A DNA stretch of 64,000 bases from Podarcis pityusensis (Eukaryota): assembly GCA_964106645.2 (NCBI GenBank), contig OZ067038.1. One strand, written 5' to 3'. Each line of letters begins with the position of its first letter. Within the stretch, counting starts at the first letter, position 1. This document shows, in pieces, positions 59,901-64,000 of this stretch. Below the pieces are notes generated by a model. That model saw only the letters and a list, made by a program, of their open reading frames with translations. It was not told where the DNA came from and ran no database searches. The translations under genes and the position numbers were made by a program.

Positions 59901-62900
59901 AACCCACTTGGTGGCCTTAGGCCAGCTCCTCTCTCAGCCTCTGCTCCCACAGACTTGCCTGCCTTGCAGAGTGTAAGAAATAAAACATGTTCATCTCCCT
60001 GTAGCAAACCCAACACTCAGAAGTGACAGCGATGCTTCTTTAATCTACGAGCCACTACACACATTAACAACTTCTGTGAGATGGAGTAAAAATCTTTAAA
60101 TGAAAAGAATTAAATTATATTCATTAAGATTATGAAGAGAAGATGCAATTCTTTCTTCCATAGAATCACTGTTAACTTTTGATCATGGTTAAATATTTTA
60201 AACATCTTTCTGCTTCGGCTGCAAATTATTGGATCGGGGCCAAATCATTAGTTTAGTTTTGGGGAATGTTGCAAGGAAATCACATCAGAGTCACTCCCAG
60301 AATATAGGAAAGTTTTACCCTCATGTATCCCAACTGGGAATAAACATAGAGATGTGAGTGGATATAAGTCAATGTGTGCAGATGATGTCATCCCCAAGGC
60401 AAACTTATTTGCACAAATTTCATTCAAAGAAGGGAAGGGGCTGATTAGCAGCAGAGACCCAGACTTCTGCCTGAAGGAGAGGCAGCTTTGGCATGGCACC
60501 ACTTTCACTTGAGCCGTATTAGGAGTAAACTGGCAGGGGGAAAATTGCCCTAGCCATTGTGCAGGAATGGCTTAAGTTGCCCCATGGAATTTGCCACCAT
60601 GTAAAGCAATTAGGAAGCTGTAATGTATAAACCGAGTAATGTTGTGAAAGCAAGTTCTCATGTTTTGGGGGTAGTGAGAAGTTCTGTTCATTTGCACATG
60701 CTAATTTTAATGTACCCCAATTTAAAAAATTCTCCTTTCTGCAGTATTAAGAAAGAAACACGTTTCTAATGAAGTTGGAAAAGAAACAAACTTAGAATGG
60801 GAGGGGGGGGAGCATCCAAAATTTAAACCTGTCCCTATAATTTTGAGAGGCCTTTAAAAATAAAATGCATTTGCGGCTTAAACCTCTGTTAAACCTGCTA
60901 CAATTCTAAAATGAATGTATATTATCTGAAGTAGTCATCCAATGTATTATGTATTTTGTAGGTGACAGCCCATAAGCCTCAAACCAGCAACTTCAAGTTC
61001 TTTTGTCTCAGGCCTGTACAGGCAAGAACATGGCTGTACCTCCTGATGCTGCTACTTTTGTCATGGCACAAAATGTGAGGCGTTTTTTTCAGCACTCAAG
61101 GGGGACAGTTGGCACAAGACCCCCAAGATGACTTCATCAGGCTGCTGTCTGGCTCCCCTGCTGTGGCAAAGGCTCTGTGCCACAGTGCCATCTGGCTCCT
61201 TCCCTGGGGGTTTGTGCAACCAGTATTGCCAGCGCTTCAGGAAAATTGCACTAAACGAAGCCCCCAGTGGAACTATAAGGCATTTCTCAATCCCCCACCC
61301 CCAAGCAGCAAGCACAAAGCCCTCTCACCCTGTTCCCTTTAGACATTTTGATTTCATAACCATTCATAAGCACCAGTTCACTCAGAAGACTTGCTTGATT
61401 TTGTGTTCTTCACTCCTTCTCCACATTTATTTTCCTTTTCACCTGCATCCTATCTGGATTAACACCTGTGGGTTGCAACACCTGTGGGGGGGGGTTTCAG
61501 CTGGACAACAAACCCTCAGGATATAAGCTTCAGAAGGGGTGCCCCACTTATGGAATGCCCTCCCCAGGGAGGTTATCCTGGCACCTATATTTGTGTCATT
61601 TTGGTGCTACGTGAAAACCCATCCTGCTTCTGCCCTTTACTCTGTTTGAGCTATAAGCTGCTTTTCTGGGTTTTTTGTATTTTCTTTGTACTCTTATTGC
61701 TACCAAACTTTAAATTTGATTTCACCTTGAGAGCTTTGTTATAGGGCAGCCTACACATACTTGGCACAAATAGATAAGGCAGGCCAGTATTAAAATCTTT
61801 ATATTGCAGGATATGGGGGGGGGGGGGGCTTGGCTAAGGTCCCTCGGTGAGGTTATGGCTGAGGTGAACCTTGAACCAGGAGCTTCTTTTAAGCACTAGG
61901 CTGCATAGGACTTGTATGGCCCTCCATCATATGCTGTGGGGCTCAAAACAGGAGCCATGCAGATCAGACAATGGCTCCTTGCTACCCGTGGCAGCTGAGC
62001 TGGAGGCAGGCAATTCTAGAACCACCCATAACCTTCCTGGTTGGAAGTTAGGAGATAGAGGGAGACCAGCCTGGTGATAATGGCAAGTTCAAAGACTTTG
62101 AGACCTGCTGACTTCCTCAGGCTGGTGATGTGTCCCAGAGGTTCTCCCTCTTCACACCTTTGGCTACTCAGCCCCAAGTGGCCTGCCTGAGCCTGAGTAA
62201 TGGACTTTCCTTGGCACTGATGGCAAATCGTGCAAACAAACAGCCGTTCTCAATGCACCCTGATGGCGCACACGCAGCGAGCTGTGCTTTGTACTGTCAA
62301 GACAATAGCCTTAATTCCCTATCAAACCTGAACCTAGATGGATAGTGGCAGTATTGCACTTCTTAACATGATGCAAGTCACTACCGTGACTCCCATGAAA
62401 TATGATTGTGTTATGACTTGTTATGCCGTGTCAGCTCTCCCTGCGTAATTAATAAGAGATGATCTGATGCGGCACCAGTGGTTTTGGAATTGAAATTAAA
62501 AGTTGTCCGCGCACCACAGAACACATCTGCTTCATGGCATTATTCAAATTAACTTCAGGGGATTGACTCCATTTTAGTGTCTGAGTCAGGGACATCAAAT
62601 ATAAAGGAGCACAGGAAACCCTGGAAGCTTCTGTGGATTCTTGTTAGGCAGATCGCTTTAAGTAGCTGCTTTCCCTGCTAAATGACTGACGCAAACAATT
62701 TTATTTAATATGTTGTAGCACACCGAGTGTAATTCTATTAACAGGAACTTAATACTCCAATACCCAAATTGGTTTCTGCTCTAACGTGGCCCAGGGTACC
62801 AACTTTGTGCTTGTTCAGCACTAGAGAGAAGGCTTGAGGGAGGCGGCCGTGACTTCCGCTGCATTTCTGAACTTTGCCCAGCCTTCTTCCACAAGCAAAA

Positions 62901-63237
62901 GTCAAACCCCAAAGGAGACAAAAGTGGGTTCCACATATGTGTGAATGCAGAGTTAAACCATAGCTGGATGCTGCAGGTAGACAGAATTCATAGTAGGAAT
63001 GACATTGCTACAGGTGAGTTCAGAGCAGTAAGACAGAAAGTGCAGGGTGAATAAAAAGGAAAAACCAGGAAGAATGAGAAAATTCCATTACCTTTGAGGA
63101 ATTTTTTTTAATGATGGGGAAAGCCAAAGAGCAGGAGGTCAGACATCAGTAGAAATATTTTGTCATTTGTAATTGCACCTCCAAGGACCTCAAGGTGCTG
63201 TGCAGGGTTCTTCCTCTCCCTGTTGTATCATCACAGG

Positions 63238-63551
63238 CAGGGTCAAACGGAGGTGTTGTGACACCTGGAGCGGCAAACCACTATGTACGGCGCATGTGCG
63301 GCATTGCTACGTACAGCGCATGTGCCACACAAAGCAACGCTGCACATGCGCCGTACATAGCGGTTTGTTGGTGCTACCGCTCCAGCGCCGTACGGATGAT
63401 GCCAGGATCCTCTGCTCATGGCTGCAGCTGCGAACGGAGGATCCTCCACATGGCTGCTCACACCACCACAAGCCCCCACAGGGTGCTTTCTTGTCACCCC
63501 CTCAGACATGGCACCCGGGGTGCACCCCCCCCCCCCGTTGCGACACCACTG
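63238..63551. mobile_element. hAT MITE with a long internal hairpin
   Basis: Perfect 8-bp TSD ATCACAGG at 63230-63237 and 63552-63559; right TIR cgacaccactg; left TIR decayed. Confidence 0.85.
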
Positions 63552-63674
63552 ATCACAGGTTAGGCTGAGAGACTGTGATGGGCCCAGGGAGCCTCATGGC
63601 TGAGTGGGGATTTAAGCCCCGGTTTCTCAGGCCCTGGTCCAGCACTGCAGCCATCACACCACACAGACTCCTTT

Positions 63675-63870
63675 GGGCAGTAAGAAGAGTTGAGCAATGC
63701 AACCACTGACCAAGAGGGACGGTGGGCTCTCCCTTGCTGGAAGTCTTCAAGCAGAGGCTGGGGAGCTGTCTCTTGAAGGTGGTCTAGCTTTGGGTTTCCT
63801 GTATGTTGAGCAGGGTTTGCGCCTAGATGGCTTCCCAGGCCCCCTTCCAGGCTATGCTTCTATTCTCTAT
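63675..63870 (+). mobile_element. CR1 3' fragment
   Basis: ggtgggctctcccttgctggaagtcttcaagcagaggctgg...ccccttcca..tattctat. Confidence 0.8.
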
Positions 63871-64000
63871 TCTGTTCCTTCACCTTTTTCACTGCCACCT
63901 TCAGGTTTTGGCAGGCCCACAAAGAGGATGCCCTTGCTAATCCCCCTTCGGCCAAGAGAGCCAATGGCAGTGAGGAAGAAAGCCAGCAGGAACTCAGGCT

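Overview
This is eukaryotic, largely non-coding vertebrate DNA from a squamate reptile, probably a lacertid lizard. That assignment rests on several Sauria/Squam1 SINE copies, a Squam3-like SINE, BovB and squamate-type L1, L2 and CR1 LINEs. I found no intact protein-coding gene, rRNA, tRNA or CRISPR array; nearly all ORF-track entries are TE-derived or chance. The only host-gene candidate is a putative + strand terminal exon (2913-3063). The rest is a TE-rich, gene-poor region with a few repeat-free, TAAT-dense blocks that look like enhancers. The most notable structures are: (1) a decayed Ngaro/DIRS tyrosine-recombinase retroelement (RT, RNase H, SGNH hydrolase remnants) with a dispersed 25-bp motif array and non-autonomous relatives sharing its terminus and a conserved core; (2) a young 2-kb L2 with an 8-bp TSD; (3) an L1 insertion with an 18-bp TSD and a twin-priming-type 5' inversion; (4) an orphan poly(A) insertion with a 16-bp TSD; (5) a Bov-A-like bipartite BovB derivative; (6) several long hairpins or palindrome arrays; (7) multi-layer TE nests. 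I cannot support a genuinely new biological system from sequence alone. Family names come from recalled motifs, not database searches.
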